Shown here one piece after another: positions 13,656 to 24,784 of a stretch of 64,000 nt of DNA (positions are counted from its first letter, which is position 1; every line of letters begins with the position of its first letter). Location: NCBI GenBank assembly GCA_030167865.1, contig JALAGF010001455.1:1-64000 (forward strand), read 5' to 3'. This stretch comes from Craspedostauros australis (Eukaryota). Under the pieces are notes generated by a model that ran no database searches, was not told the DNA's origin, and saw only the letters and a program-made list of their open reading frames with translations. The translations under genes were made by a program, and so were the position numbers.

Positions 13656-15304
13656 ATGAGCAACATTGGACACAGCGGACGCGCTGCCGGCGGCGAGCTG
13701 GAGGAGAAGATCGATCTGTCGAAGGAGGCCGACGACAAGATCCCGGAGGCCAAGGCGCTGGCAAGCAGCGGCAAGCTGGAGGATGGATTGGCGTTGATGT
13801 TCGCGCTGGAGAAGCGATGCCGCGTGGGCAACGACTCGCCGTCGTTGGTGCGCGTGTGCAACGCCTCGCTGGAGATGTGCAAGACCAACATCGACGTGCT
13901 GCTGACGACGCTGCAGACGCTGGTCACGCGGCGAAGCCAGAAGACGCAGGCCATCCGTGCTTGCGTGCACACCGCCCTTCCGTGGTGCATCAAGGACTCC
14001 TTCACGCCCCTTGAGCTGGACGATGCTGCCGTCGTTGGATCCGGGGACAAGGCCGCCAAGGAGGAAGCGCGCGACAAGTTGGTCGTCGCCTTGAGAGACA
14101 TCACGGATGGAAGGATCTTCTTGGAGGGTGAGCGCGCTCGTCTCACCCGGGCGCTTTCCATCATCAAGGTGCGTCAACGTCTGCTGCTGTTGCTGCTTTG
14201 GGCATGCGCCAGTGTTCAATCGATGCTGATGTTGTGAGCGTGTCATCATTTGACAATTGCTTGAATTGAATCCTCAACACCGTCTCCCCCTTTCCTCTCT
14301 CTCCTTCTCTCTCTCTCTACCTATCATCTATCTATCTCTGTCTACATCTCTTTCGTGGAATCTACGTGCATGCGCTTTAACAGGAGGCCAGCGGAGACAT
14401 CAGCGGGGCTGCTGATGTGCTGCAGGATGTTCACGTGGAGACCTACGGATCACTTTCCAAGAAGGAAAAGGTGGAGTTCATCTTGGAACAGATGCGTCTG
14501 ACGCTGGGCAAGAAGGACTACGTGCGTGCCGCCATCGTGGCCGGCAAGATCTCCAAGAAGCAGTTCAAGGAGAAGAGCATGAAGGACTACAAGATCAAAT
14601 ACTACACCCTCATGACCGAATACCATCGCAGCCACACGATGGATGCGTTCGAGCTGGCGAAGTGCTACCATGAAATATACACCAGCAAGGTGTCCGACGA
14701 CGCAGACGAATCGAAAGAGGCGGGCGATGGTGACGCCAAGATGGAGACTGATATGGAATGGCAATCGTCATTGCAGGCGACCGTTCTCTTCCTCACATTG
14801 AGCGCGTACGGCAACGAGCAGCAGGATATGTTCCATCACATTGAGAAGGATTCGAATTTGGAAAAGCTGCCGGCGTGCCAATCGCTTGTGCAGCTCTTCC
14901 TCAAGAAGGAGCTCATTGCGTACCCCTTGGCCAATCAGGCCGAGATCGAAGCGTGGGAGGCATTTACCGAGGCCGACCTGCAGGAACACTGGAAGAAGAT
15001 CTTCCACACGCGGGTCATTCAGAACAACATCCGCATCGCGAGTCTGTACTACCGACGCATCCATGGCAAGCGACTGGCCGAGCTGCTGCGGCTATCCACG
15101 GATCGATTGGAACGCGAGATTGCCACCATGGTCAGCGACGGGTCCGTGTATGCCAGAATCGACCGTCCCAAGGACATCATCCGCTTTGCGCAGCCCAAAT
15201 CGCCCGAACAGGTTCTGACGGACTGGTCATCCAACATCGATGAATTGCTGCATCTTGTGGAGACCACAACGCATCTGATCAACAAGGAGAAGATGGTCGC
15301 ATAA
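13656..15304 (+). CDS. RPN5: 26S proteasome lid subunit RPN5/PSMD12, 2 exons: 13656-14168, 14384-15304
   Basis: LEKRCRVGND, ITDGRIFLEGERARLT, |EASGDISGAADVLQDVHVETYGSL, EFILEQMRL, PCI domain (NIRIASLYYRRI..ARIDRP) and terminal HLINKE. Intron 14169-14383 is GT..AG. Confidence 0.95.
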
Positions 15305-15666
15305 GCAGGCAGGATGATCTTGCTCGCTCACACAAGTACAAATACGACCGCATGCACAAGTAGCATCCTTTGCTCGTACCATTCGTAGCATGTGCCTCGT
15401 ATGGTGTATGTAGCGTAGCCTTGCACAATCGCCCCTTTCATGCTCCACGATCGCTCCATTGAAAGGAACGCAAATAACAAACCTAAGCTGGACAATACGC
15501 TGCGATAAGTTGATCAAGCTATTAGTTCTTGGGAGTCTGATGGTTTGCCCTCTAGATTTGCAGCTCCGACTGCAACTCATGGTCGCCATTTCGATGCTCC
15601 TAGTTGCATTGCGACAGCCGCACCATCTTCTACTTCGCCATGTACTTTTGGAAGCTTGTGACTTTC

Positions 15667-17336
15667 TCAGTCGAACAGCTCCACCGTCGGTGGCCTCGCC
15701 ATGCGGCCTCTCAGCAACGACCTCCAACCTTGGTTGTGCCTAGCAAGAATCGAGCTCTGGCTCGGGTACCGACAAACGTCTGGCGATGCATCCCCGATCA
15801 CCATGAGTTTGGACCAGTAGGAGAACCGCTGGGTGACTTCTCCCGCCCGAATGTCGCCGTGCGTCTCGGTCGCTTCCACCTCTTTGCTGAGGTACCAGAG
15901 GATGGTCTGAAATGGATGCAGAGTGCAGAGTCGTAGAGTGCAATGTTATGGTTGTGTTGTATCGACATGATGAGGATGGATGGATGGATACGATGGATAC
16001 GATGGATGGATGGTTGGTCGGATACGATGAGTGGAGGTATTGCGTGCACGGAAGCAGCATAACATTGAAAAGTGAGTAACACGTTGTGAGCGACACCATA
16101 AGAGTAAGGAAGCAAGTCAAGGCTTGCGGTCACAGGCTCAACAATTGCAGTGTCACTATGGGATACGTACACTGTCGCACTGCGATCCACAGACAGTGCG
16201 ACCCTCCGTTCCCAAAGTTACGAGTACTCTCACGAACTTACATCGTTGGAAAACCGCTTGGCTATGAGACACCGCAACAGCCTCCCTGGCCGTTCCGCTT
16301 CGCTCTCAAACCCTGCGTTGAGAGCCGCATCTGCTGCAACAGCAGCCTGCGCGTGCATGGCGGCCTGGACGAGCGGATCGATGTTGACGAAGTCGGCCAT
16401 GGCGTGTGCTCTCATCAACCCCGACGAGGCCGTTCGCTGCAAGTATCCCCGCCGATTCGTGTTGGCTGGCGTGCGTCGAACGCGATGCTCAGGATGGCGC
16501 GGTTTGGAGAAGACGAATCCGTTCCCGTTGCATCCCGTGCAGAAGTACACCCCGTTGTATTCCGGATCGCCTGCGTTGGTGACCATGATGCGACGGTGCA
16601 GCAGCAGCATGGGAACGGGCACGTGCCTGTGCAACGCGCTGATCTGCACTCCGTCAATCTGTTCCTTCGCCCGCAGCAGCAGCATGACGTTGTTGAGCTG
16701 CCGCGCGTCGGCCACATCCTGCGTCCGTTGCGATGCGCTGCGATGAGCCAACTGGTGGAATCTGGTGCATGTCATGGAGGTTCGTATCAGTGACTTGCAT
16801 TCCAGGAACTCAAAGACTCGGAGAACGACATCATCGGCCGGCAGTTGCTGCAAGAAGTTGTGGGGTATGTGAAGGTGCATAGCTGCTGACGCGCGCGGTA
16901 TCCGCTGCAGCTGTTGCTGGCGATGCGCCGCACCACGGGGATGTTGCTCACTGGTCTGATCCTGATGTCTCTGGTTCGGATGCTGATGATGCTGCTGGTT
17001 GTGCTGATGTTCCTCCGCCAGATCCAATCGGTGCACATGATGCTGCCCTTCCACGAATGCCGCTTCCTCGTCGATCGACATGGAACTCCGGTTCATGGAG
17101 ATCAATCCACGATGCGCATGTTCCAGGTGATCGAAGGCATGCAGAAAGTCCTGGAACTCTCGTGTTTGCCGCAGGACCACCATGTCATCGCGAGGCACGG
17201 ACGATAGCCAGCGGCCCATACGTTCCAGCTGATCGGACGGCGGGGACGACAAAGGCAACGACGCGCTGTAGGCCTCGTGCCATGTCGCCGACGTCTCACC
17301 CTCGTCAGTCTCTATTATTCCATGTTCGTACTGCAT
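15667..17336 (-). CDS. F-box domain protein of unknown substrate, 2 exons: about 17336-16242, 15906-15667 (start uncertain)
   Basis: F-box-like LQQLPADDVVLRVFEFLECKSLIRTSMTCTRFHQLA, followed by a beta-rich segment VTNAGDPEYNGVYFC..GNGFVFSK. Intron 15907-16241 (GTAAGT..CAG) joins KRFSND|TILWYLSKE in frame. Confidence 0.7.
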
Positions 17337-18305
17337 GTTTCCATACTCGTAGTCTGGTCGGTTGATGAATGCAATCGATGCTGGAGTATCGCACGTTGCT
17401 TGTTCGGACTTGGCTTCTTTGGTCTGCTGGTGTAATGGGTTGCAATTCTCTCCTTTCGCAAATGGTGGCAATTCATACAATGGCGACAGCAACGACGATG
17501 ACGAAGATCTTGTTGATGTGTCCCCCCTTTTCGTTCAATTGCGAAATGTTATATCCGTTCCCCACGCGTGGCTTCCTGTATCCAGAGATATCCTTCGCGT
17601 TCACGATGGCCTTTGTTCTTCTGTCTCCTTGCGCTCGTCCTCGCTTGCCAACTGCCTTCGTTTCCGTTGTTACTCGGCCACTGATTTGCGACCACACAGA
17701 AGCGCAGAGAGAGAGAGAGAAAGAGAGAGGCACACACCAAACAGGAACGATTTGTGATGATGTGAGGCACATCCTTCTCCCAGAAATCAAAACTTGATCC
17801 CGCCAAGAATCAGGAAGATCGGCTGTGACCGTGCCCTACGTCATCTGCGTAGGAAGTGTACTGAGATCTACGGGCATAAACACTTTTCCCCAATGTCCGA
17901 ACGTCTGGATCCGATTTCGTTGGTATCTTTCGATGAAAGACCTGCCATGACTCAATTTAATCGTGTGCACATCACAACAATGCGGAAACGAGTCACGCTT
18001 ACCCTTGCCAATCACGGGTTTCCCACGAGTTCGCGTCAGTGTTCGCACAGTTTTCATCGATTTCGACCCTTTCGTCAAGGAACACAGAACACAGCACCAC
18101 ACGCAGAGTCTACCAACCGACCAAGCGACCAAACAACAGGCAAAATGATCCACCTTGACAGCTTGCGCTGTGCCTCCCAGAGGAAAGTGTGATGGCTGGG
18201 TCAGGGCATTGGGGCTAGCTCGCACTTTATCGTATCGTATTACTATCACACAGATCTCATCTAATACAATCAGTTCGGATCCATCGAGCGGGCAATCTAT
18301 AGTCG

Positions 18306-19919
18306 ATGCCAAGTGCAGACGACAAGGTGGAGCCGACGAGTGCTTCACCAGATACTCGCACAAGCACCGCGAGTCGCACAAGTACGAGCATGCATGTTCA
18401 TTTGAGCTTTCCGCAAGGATGCATGCACTTGCCGATTCTGGCTGCCATCTTGGAGGCGACAACGCATTCTTCGCACGGCGATGGACAGAACGCCATCGAC
18501 GGAATTTGCGACATCATCAACAGTATCTTTGGTGCAGAAACCCAGCCGAGACAGAAGAGAGATGATGGAGCAGACTCAAGTCAAGACAACATATTCACGT
18601 TCAGCATCACGATATCTGATGTGGCCATCTCTCGGTTCGGTGATGTGGCAGTTGGATCCGTTTCAGTTGAACGTGGCAGCACCAGCAGTAGCCGTGGCGG
18701 CTTCGAGACTTCTCCAAATGAGAAAGAATTTCTCGTTTCACTCGACCATCTTCTCGAAGCATTCAACGAACGAGACTGGATAGGTTCCAAGTCGTTTCGA
18801 GACCTCACCTTCCGGCTGCTGAACACAATCCGGGATGGATGTGGATCCGGTCAGGATGGCGACGCAATACTTCTTGGCAAAGACAATATTGCCGCCATGA
18901 TTGGTGTGCCGTACCTGCTGGACAGGTACAGCGTTGAACACATCACGTACGATGCGATACCGATAGAGCTGATACGACATGGTTCTGCAATCTATTCCGT
19001 CGGCAACAGTAACAAACTGCTTGCACTACCAGCGGCGCTACTATATGGAGTGAAGATCACAACAAATGGGACAAAGCAGCCTCCGAAACACGCTCAGATC
19101 TCGGCCATGGCGGTTGCTATCCTTAAAACGTTTGCACCGGTGTCCACAGATGACTCCGCCGATGGCACACTGATCGCAACAGCTCTTGGTGCGCAATTCA
19201 TGCATGAAGCAGTATCTACTCGTATGGATGAAGTTCAACGGGGAGGTTCTCTGACAAGCGATGAGTTGGAGGACGGCGATCGTGATGACCCGAACGAATC
19301 ATTCCAAATCGCACAGTGCTTCCTCATGAACCAACAACAAGCAAAAGATGCCACACAAAGCCAAGCCCGCCATTCGGAAAACGGTAGCAACATTGACATT
19401 GACGAGCTGTGGACGCATGACCAAATCCTCCACATGGAGACCAACCTGGACGACACGACAGGTGAGCACTTGGGATTTGTCATCGAGCTCCTCATGAAGG
19501 CGGGCGCTTTGGATGCATGGGCAGCTCCGATCATCATGAAGAAGGGGCGTCCAGCCCACACGCTTCATTGTCTTTGCTCCAAATCAGCAGCTGATGCGCA
19601 AATGAAACGGCGCACGCTGACGGAGATCATGTTCCGCCACACGACCACGCTGGGAATTCGTATCTACGACGATCTCAAGCGCGTGAAGTTGAAGCGATCA
19701 TTTGTGACTGTCGAACTGCCAGGCAACAATTCTGCTTCGCCAGCATCGGTGGATGTCAAGATCGGGCAGTTTCGCAATGGAGAAATCGTGTCGGCAAAGG
19801 CGGAATACGATCACTGCAAAGTCATCGCAGAGTCGCAAGCGATTCCTATCCAGATGGTTGCCAATCAAGCCACGCAGTTAGCCTTGCAGGAGCATCGTAA
19901 GCAGCAGTCAGACCCCTGA
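18306..19919 (+). CDS. LarC-like protein (nickel-pincer cofactor nickel-insertion family, DUF111)
   Basis: The C-terminal half matches the LarC pattern: METNLDDTTGEHLG..LMKAGALDAW..PIIMKKGRPAH.L..LC, FRHTTTLGIR, VDVKIG and KAEYDHC. The N-terminal half is only weakly LarC-like. Confidence 0.8.
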   Translation: MPSADDKVEPTSASPDTRTSTASRTSTSMHVHLSFPQGCMHLPILAAILEATTHSSHGDGQNAIDGICDIINSIFGAETQPRQKRDDGADSSQDNIFTFSITISDVAISRFGDVAVGSVSVERGSTSSSRGGFETSPNEKEFLVSLDHLLEAFNERDWIGSKSFRDLTFRLLNTIRDGCGSGQDGDAILLGKDNIAAMIGVPYLLDRYSVEHITYDAIPIELIRHGSAIYSVGNSNKLLALPAALLYGVKITTNGTKQPPKHAQISAMAVAILKTFAPVSTDDSADGTLIATALGAQFMHEAVSTRMDEVQRGGSLTSDELEDGDRDDPNESFQIAQCFLMNQQQAKDATQSQARHSENGSNIDIDELWTHDQILHMETNLDDTTGEHLGFVIELLMKAGALDAWAAPIIMKKGRPAHTLHCLCSKSAADAQMKRRTLTEIMFRHTTTLGIRIYDDLKRVKLKRSFVTVELPGNNSASPASVDVKIGQFRNGEIVSAKAEYDHCKVIAESQAIPIQMVANQATQLALQEHRKQQSDP

Positions 19920-20064
19920 CGGGATTTGTAGAAGATAGCGTACAATGCTCCATGCAATTGTGGTCGAGGAGAGTAGAGAAATGCAATCTCCGTGCTACTC
20001 TCTTGATCTCGTTCCTTCGAATTACTCCATGCCGCACGTATCATTTGTTCGTCTGTCTTTGCTG

Positions 20065-20925
20065 CTACTTGATCGGAGAAAACGGGGCGCTCTTATGAAT
20101 CGTCGATGTGAATTCAATGGCCAAATCTGTGATGCTTGCGATGGCCGATCTCCATTCCTGTGCACCGCGAGCCGCGACACGGGAGCGTTCCATCGCCTTC
20201 GTACCATCGCCATGCCTCCAGATCTCAATCACCTCGTTCAGCCGGCCAACCTCGCTGTACAGTAAGGTCACGAGGGACGTTGTCGGATCCGTGCCTTGCG
20301 CTGTGGTCTTGGATGGCAATCCCGTACCGTACAGGTCCAGGAATTTGGGGACGGTGTCGTATCCCAATTTCAACTTGTACCGTCGAATCTCCAGGATGGA
20401 ATCCTCGCCAGGTTGCAATTCTGGAACCTGCGCCAATCCGGTTGGCCCCTCCAACGGTGCTTCGACGAAAAGCATGGATCGTTGCGCCTGCACACACGGC
20501 CGTGACTCTGCGAGGAACTGTTGGAACTCGGTATCCTGTGCCATGCGCGACCTTGTGGCATTGCGCTCATCGAAACCACCGGCATAGTAGTAGAAGGAGG
20601 TGGCCGTGTGCAGCTGGCCGCCAGTTTCCGGCAGACTGTAAATTCGAAGCGGAGAGTGTTTCTTGATCAGCTGCGATGCTGCTGCTGTCGTTTGCATGTA
20701 CTCTGCGGATTGGGCAGGAAACAGATCGTATTCTCGAAGTTCCACCAATGCCTGCTGCTGCGCTTTGCTTGTAGATTCAAACTGGCGACGGTCATCGCCT
20801 GCCGCACAACATCGCGGCAATCTCTTGAGAAAGCCAGCAGCTCTTGCAGAAGGTGTGGTTATGCGCGAGAGTGCTCTCATCGTGGACATCGTCTCTGATG
20901 CTCTGGCAACGAAGTACGCGCACAC
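20065..20925 (-). CDS. NIPSNAP family protein, probably mitochondrial (start may be a downstream Met)
   Basis: Two NIPSNAP-like halves (LVELREYDL..; ILEIRRYKLK..YSEVGRLNEVIEIWR..SRVAARG..EWR..PFSPIK) and an Arg/Ala-rich presequence. Confidence 0.85.
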   Translation of the reverse strand: MCAYFVARASETMSTMRALSRITTPSARAAGFLKRLPRCCAAGDDRRQFESTSKAQQQALVELREYDLFPAQSAEYMQTTAAASQLIKKHSPLRIYSLPETGGQLHTATSFYYYAGGFDERNATRSRMAQDTEFQQFLAESRPCVQAQRSMLFVEAPLEGPTGLAQVPELQPGEDSILEIRRYKLKLGYDTVPKFLDLYGTGLPSKTTAQGTDPTTSLVTLLYSEVGRLNEVIEIWRHGDGTKAMERSRVAARGAQEWRSAIASITDLAIEFTSTIHKSAPFSPIK

Positions 20926-21304
20926 TATGCAGATTACACTTCAGCTCGAGTCTTCTTTGTGCGTACTCCTACTCTTTGATGATGAGTGTGCATACGATTG
21001 GGTCTCTTCTCTCTGTGTCTGATGGTGCAATAGAACCCAAGTATCTTCATCGGCGTCGTGTTGTGTTGTGTTGTGCGTTTTGTGTTGTCATTCGTTTGAT
21101 GCGAGATTCTTCCAAACTGACGTCACGCGAAGATCCAATCAGCCACCCACCAAACCTGTACGCCCAGTCCGCACTCGTGTACCCACCGCAGCTAACTAGA
21201 CAGTATGCCTATTTTTACACACATCGTAGAATAGAAGTGCACTCTCGAGCAACTTTTGAGCATGGTATTCTATAATATTATACTGTGGATGATGACTTTC
21301 ATTC

Positions 21305-22787
21305 CTACTTGTTTGGCTTCCAATCAAGATCTGGTTGTTCAACGACCGATGCTTTCTCGTCCACAGCCTGGCCGTCGGCGAACGGCGAGGATGATTGTTC
21401 TGTTTCCGAGTCTTCGGTGGTTGCTACCGATGAACGAGGTTCCCCCCAATCATCGTCATCGTCGATGTCGATGAGATCATCAGGATGGAACCCGGGCAAA
21501 GGATCCGGCCGGAATGTCGACCCTTCCTTCTTCGTTCGCAGATACTGATCCAGCTGCGCCGCCTCGAACTCTTGCGGCACCTCATCGATGATGTTATCAT
21601 TGAAAAAGTTGGCAATCTCATCGTTGCCCCAGTCGTAGAAGTGGATTGGAATATCCAGCACAGTCTCCGCCATTTGATGATCCCATCCAGGCATCGTGTA
21701 GCCACATGTCAGCACCTTGCACCGCCTTCCTTTCAACCGCTGTTCCAACAGCGGACGCAGCTTGACCAGTCCCTCCGTTGCGAAGTACATGGTGATGATC
21801 GTGGCTTGGTCGATATATCCCCACGCGGGATGATCGCGATCCATGAGATCTGCGACGACGAATTCAATGTTCGGTTGGGGATGGATGCGCAGCAACCGAT
21901 CCTTGGCCACCTTCACGATATCCTCGTCCACGTCAATGCCCACCGACTTTTTGGCTCCGTACTCTGCCGCAAAGAAGTTGACCCGACCGTCTCCGCTGCC
22001 CAGCTCGACATGGATCTGATTTGGCGTACGCAAGAGTAGAGTCGTGGGATATTGCGGAATGGTCATTGCAGAAAAACGAGTTGTCGGTCATCCACACAAA
22101 CGTATTAGTACATTCGCATGACGACGGCGTTCGTGGATCATATAATAGTAAAATAGAATGGAGCAGATGAGAATGAGAATGAGAACGGAGGTTGATCGGA
22201 GATGATCCCGTGGTTGGTTTTGATACGTTGCCATGAATGGATGATATCCTCTGGCAAAGGTGCAGCGAAATGCTCTCTCTAGAGAGTCTCCGCGAGGATC
22301 AGACGTCAACTTCATCGCGTTGCATCGCATACATATCATCACAAGCAGAATAGCGTTGCACCAACACCGCACAACTCACATCTTCGGAGGACAGCTGGGA
22401 GATATCCATCATACGCCGCGCGACGGAATCCGGCACGGGCGTCCATGGACTCAAGGTCGCCTTCTCGGAGTATTCCTCGACGCTGTCACCCGAGTACTCA
22501 AACGGAGCATCGAGTCCGCGCGTTGCGATGATCGATTTGCCGTTGGCGCCATCCGCCTGATCGCTGTACTTCTCGTACGATGGCCGTCGCCTCCTCTTGG
22601 TGGCAAATGATCTGCGCGCGGCCAATATCTCGTCGCGTCGCAATGCGAGACCTGAGCGACAACAGCTGACGCTGTGTTGCATCAATCTCCTTGTGACATG
22701 GTGTGATCTCGTCACGCAGCCAAGCAATCCCATCTTCATCATCCTTGCCGCCGTCGTTGTTGTTGTTGTTGTTACCATTGTCGTCAT
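21305..22787 (-). CDS. Class I SAM-dependent methyltransferase, FAM173-like, 2 exons: about 22787-22380, 22015-21305 (start uncertain)
   Basis: LSPWTPVP..RRMM..SED|IHVELGSGDGRV..GIDVD..ATIITMYF..LRPLLE..VLTCGYTMPGW. Intron 22016-22379 is GTGAGT..CAG. Arg-rich transit-like N-terminus and acidic C-tail. Confidence 0.75.
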
Positions 22788-23235
22788 CTTGGTTGTGGTG
22801 TGCACTTGTGCGTACGTAGTCGTACGCTTGCGCCAGTACTGGTCGGCTGCTCACTGTAATCGTCGTGGTTGGTGCTGGGCGGAATGGATCCATCCACAAC
22901 ATTCCTCTTGATCGTTGATTGTTGATTGATCTCGGACAATTTAACGAACAATCAAGATGGTCTTCGAACAAGACAGTGATCGCGGTGGTCCATCTTCGTT
23001 CTTCTGCTGACGTCATTACCACCGAAAGGAACACAAGTGAAGCTCCGTGAAAAGCGAGGAACCAAAACTGCAGAAACAACGCAAAAAGAACACGCAGACA
23101 GACATCAAGATCCGTCCTTCTCGAGCACGGTGCTGGTGCGGACAGAGAGAGAGAAACCGTCATCGCCAGCGCCATCACCATGCTCTGAGATCCGAATCAC
23201 AAAAAGCGCGCTGACACAAACGCATCCAACCGACG

Positions 23236-23757
23236 ATGCGACTCCTCTCGTTCTTCACAAAGTCCCACGTTTCCAAGCGCGTCATGGCGACCAGCACCGC
23301 CGGCATGTCATTCTACGCATTGTCCGCAACCCGCAGCGACGGCTCCGACCAGCCGATGAAGGAATTCGAAGGCATGGTGGTGTACGCCACCAACGTCGCA
23401 TCCAAATGAGGTTTGACCCGCCGCGAGTATGCTCGTTTCGAGAAGCTCGGGGAGCGGTGGGGAGACCGACTGGCCATCCTGGCCTTCCCGAGTCGGGAGT
23501 TCGGAGCGCAAGAGTTCAAGACCGACGAGGAGATCCAGGCATTCGCCGCCAGCAAGAACTTCCCGGGCGTCCTCATGAAGCTCGGCAAGGTCACCGGCGA
23601 CGACGTTCCAGAGGTGTGGAACTTCATGCGCGATCAGACTGGAGCTCCGGATCCGTCCTGGAACTTCAGCTCCAAGTTCCTCGTCTCCAAGTCCGGTGTC
23701 GTCACCGTGCCCAAGAAGATCGAGGAAGAGATCGAGGCATTGATGGCCGAAGAATAA
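23236..23757 (+). CDS. Glutathione peroxidase, selenoprotein (in-frame TGA = Sec at 23407-23409)
   Basis: One continuous frame reads MRLLSFFTKSHVSKRVMATS...VVYATNVASK-TGA-GLTRREY..LAILAFPSREFGAQE..SWNFSSKFLV. The TGA sits exactly at the GPx active-site position of NVASxUG. An alternative in-frame ATG is at 23284. Confidence 0.88.
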
Positions 23758-24784
23758 GCGTTGCACCTGTACGGGTACTGCATGAGCACTGCACGAGTAT
23801 GAGAGTATGGCACCTACAACTAAGTGATGTGACGTAATGTGATGGTATTCCGCCAAACTTGCTACAGACCACCACAGCTGCGAGTATGGCAACGTCAAAG
23901 TGCAAGTAGCTTCGTCTGCTCTGCCCATCTCAAGCCATATGCTATCATGCCAGGCCAGAGCACTACAGATCCTGTCCCGAGCTTCCCGGTCATCGTGTCT
24001 CCCCACGACGCGACGGGAAGCAAGGAACAAGCCCCGAAAGGATCACGCGACACGCATGAATGGAGGTATTTTACAACACAATTCAGCAGTATTGCTTTCC
24101 GCACAGTCTCCAAATGCACCGACGCAAGCGCTCCCAATGAACGAATGACAGTGAGACAGAGTTCGAGGAGATGATGATGCAGCGATCAAACCCGCTCCTC
24201 TCATCCCTCGTCATTCCTCGATCACTTGACGGTTTCAATGCGCAATGCGCGGCGCACCAAAGCAGCAGTAAGTCCTCTAATCGTATTACATTAAATAATG
24301 ATGGACAACGACTAAGATGGCGTCACGATACTTACGAACATGAGGATCATACTGGTAGGATCAATTGATGCTCCTGAAGATGTACTCTCTCTCTCTCGTT
24401 GATGCTGTCTCGTTCCAAGGTTCGGCGATCGCTCTTGATTCTACACATGTGTGTGTTTCCAGGGATGATTTGGATTCAACATGTTGCACCATCGTGAAAG
24501 CAGAATTCACGTGACGCTAACGTTTCCCTATTTTTTGGCTTTCATTGTCCATCTGAATGTTCTCGAAGCGCTACATCAACAAAACCACATTGAAAACTGC
24601 ACCCACAGCCATCCAGAACCCTTGTGCCAACCGATCCCCCTCGAAACCTGTGCGTGCCAAGCTCAAAAGCAACTTGCGACATTCCTCAACCATCGGATAG
24701 GCACGTATAGTACCAACACCTTACCCTGCCATCACTCGTAACAACAGTAAAAAACGTCAGCCGGATTTTGGATTGCATCGCGCC

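Noticed and set aside
23407-23409. GPx as a pseudogene with a premature stop
   Set aside because: The only stop is a TGA exactly at the catalytic residue and both flanks are intact, so Sec recoding is the better explanation.
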